Origin: Heterodontus francisci
Lineage: Eukaryota
Assembly: GCF_036365525.1 (NCBI RefSeq)
Contig: NC_090399.1
Coordinates: forward strand, 26,608,529-26,672,528
Direction: 5' to 3'
Length of the DNA: 64,000 bases
Part shown: in pieces, positions 61,470-64,000 of the stretch
Layout: each line of letters opens with the position of its first letter
Position numbering within the stretch: position 1 is the stretch's first letter
Position numbers and translations under genes: made by a program
The notes under the pieces: model-generated
What the model was told of the DNA's origin: nothing
The model's input: the letters and a program-made list of their open reading frames with translations, nothing else
The model's database searches: none

Positions 61470-64000
61470 GACTGGCGGGTATCAGCGAGTGCAGAGGGGG
61501 GCATAAGTGACCATGAGAGAGCGAGACTTTACTGTGAGAGCGTCAGGAAACAGAGAGAGTGAGGCGAGGCCTAAGGAGCACAGGAAAAAGTACGACTTCA
61601 CTGTGAAAACTGCGGGAAGCGGAGAGAGCACAGAGGGGGCATCAACAGCCCAGGAGGGAGCCAGGTTTCACCTCGAGAGCGGCGAAAAGCAGAAAGAGTG
61701 GAGCAGGGCCAGCTGCGCCCACTGTCGGTCTATACTTCAGAGCGGTCCTTCGGAAAGAAAATCGTGGTGTGACATTACAGGGGAACAGGTAGGTGATTGG
61801 CCGGTGAGTATTTCCTGTTTATCTTATCTCAACTCGGGAATAAACTGGTGACTCCTATCTACCTTTATCCAAAAAAATATGTTTTACTACTAGTAAGGTT
61901 TATTAAATATTAATAGGGTTTATCAGTATTAATACGGTTTCTTACCATTAGTAAAATGTATTTAATAGTAAAGCAGTTCATTAGCATTATCAAGGTTTTA
62001 ATTAGCTGATAGAGGAATGGCAGGGCTGCTACAACCTCCAGGGTGCACATCCTGTGCTATGTGGGATCTCCAGGAACTTGCCATGTCCTGGATAACCATA
62101 TGTGCAGGAAGAGTGATCAGTTTCTGCTGCTGGAACAGCGGACTTTGAAACGTGAGGAATAGTTGGCATCACTGCACTCCGTGAGGATGAGGTTGGCACA
62201 TTTATAGACGTGGTCACCCTGCAACATAAGCGTTTGCAGGGAACAAGAGAATGGGTGAGCACCAGATAGTCAAGACGAAACAGGCAAGTAGTGCAGGAGA
62301 CCCCTGAGTGCATCTCACTCTCCAACGGGTATTCAGTTCTGAACACTGAGGAAAGTGATTGGTCATCAGGGGTGTGCTGCCAGAGCCAAAGCTCTGGCAC
62401 GACGGCTGGCTCAGCTGCACATGCGGGCACAAAGAATACTGGAAGAGCGATCGTGGTAGGAGATTCAATCGTCATGGGAACAGGCAGGCATTTCTGTGGA
62501 GGCAAACTTAAATCCAAGTTTGTGTGTTACCTCCCTGGTACCAGGGTCAAGGATGTCACTGAACGGCAGCAGAGCACCCAAAGGAGGGAGGGTGAGTAGT
62601 CAGCTGTCGTGGTCCATATTGGTACCGACAACATAGTAGGAAGAGGGATGTGTTCCTGCAGACAGAGTTCATTGAACTCGGTAAGAAATTAACAAGCATG
62701 ACCTCAAAAGTAGTAATCTCTGGATTACTCGCACTACCACGTGTAAGTGGGCACAGAAGTTGTAGGATAATTCAGATGAATGCGTGGCTGAAGAGATGGT
62801 GCAGGAGGACACTTGGATTAGTTCTGGAGAAGATTGAACCTGTATAGGCGGGACGGTTTGCACCTTAACAGAGCTGAGACAAATTGCCTTGTGCAGCGAT
62901 TTGCTAGTGCTATTTGGGAGGGTTTAAATGAAATTGGCAAGGATGTGTGAAATATCAAATATCAAAAATTAAAGCCAAGGACACAGAATACTGAGAGAGA
63001 TATATAGCAGTAGAAGATCGAATAATAAGTTATTAGGTGGGGTCAGAGTAATGGAGAAAGGAATAATTTAGGGTTAATGTGCATGTATGAGAATGCACAG
63101 AGTGCTGTTAATAAAATTAGCGAGTTCCAGTTGCAGATTAACTTGTGGGAATAATGCCAGCGACTGGGCTCAAAGAATGGCAGGACTGGGCGTTAAATAT
63201 TCCTGGTTACAAGGTGTTTAGGAAAGATTAAAAGGAAGAGAAGGATTAAGAGTGGAGATATTGTTAAAGGAGAGCATTGCAGTGCTGGAGAGGGGGGATA
63301 TCCCTAAGAGGTCAAGGATGAAATTTCGTTGGCTCAAGCTAAGGAACAAAAAGGTGAAATTACATTGCCTGGTGTACTTTATTGGCCACCATGGATAAGA
63401 GAAACAGATTTCCCAGGAAATTGCAGAGAGATGCAAGAATTATATGGCAATTATAATGGGGGACTTTAATTATCCAAATATTGACTGGTATAGTAGTAGT
63501 GTAAAGGGAAGAAAGGGAAAGAGTTACTAGTGCATTTTCAAGAAACTTTTCTACAGCAGTATGTTTCCAATCCAGCGAGAGGTGAGGCACTGCTGGACCT
63601 GAGTCTTGGGAATTAGATGGGCCAACTAGATCAAATATATAGGTTACAGTGATCATGTTATCATAAGGTTTAATTTAGTAATGGAAAAGGACAAATAAAA
63701 TGCAGAGTAAGGATAATTAACTGGGGGAAATCCAACTTCAATGGGATAGGATTGGATCTGGGCTGAATAAATTTCAATCAAAGGTTCAAAGAACAAACAG
63801 TAGCTGAACCTTAAAGGCTACTTTCAAAGAAGAGATAGTTCGGCCACAGTCAACATATATTCCTTGATGGGGAAAGATATGGCAAATAAATAAAGGGCTT
63901 CCTGGATGATAAAAGTGATAGAGATGAAAATGAAGAAGAACAATTGTGCTTGTGACAGATCCTAGGTTGATAATACAGTGGGGGCCATGTTGAATATGAA
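61470..64000 (+). mobile_element. CR1 LINE 5' half: repeat-containing 5' UTR, ORF1 (Cys motif and SGNH esterase), ORF2 endonuclease; disrupted, runs off window
   Basis: ATG at 62017 (MAGLLQPPGCTSCAMW), RAIVVGDSIV...LPGTRVKDV, SKVVISGLL...MNAWLKRWC, then IIMGDFNYPNIDW at ~63450. Confidence 0.9.

Overview
Eukaryotic genomic DNA from a cartilaginous fish (shark-like, inferred from the repeat landscape). About two thirds of it is decayed transposon sequence: many CR1-clade LINE fragments of two families, RTE and L2 LINEs, a Deu-domain SINE, other SINE pieces, Harbinger remnants, GC-rich foldback elements, and Penelope-type palindromes, one with a hammerhead-ribozyme core. Nearly all ORFs in the supplied track are TE debris or spurious. 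The main signal is invisible in the ORF track. The unique AT-rich spacers contain a + strand array of at least 13 well-formed symmetric (phase 1-1) micro-exons of exactly 27 or 36 nt, spread from 1478 to 60223. Spliced together they give a stop-free, E/K/L-rich peptide of 129 aa with heptad periodicity. Additional candidates are 18/21/27-nt exons, two paralogous stop-carrying exons and several decayed exon copies. The exons fall into paralogous classes repeated as a module, and intron homology shows internal duplication. The architecture resembles the micro-exon-encoded coiled-coil cytoplasmic tails of butyrophilin and chicken BG genes. However, no Ig, transmembrane or B30.2 exon is visible here, so gene identity is inference. 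Exon calls are by eye from splice signals and need RNA-seq confirmation; TE boundaries are approximate.
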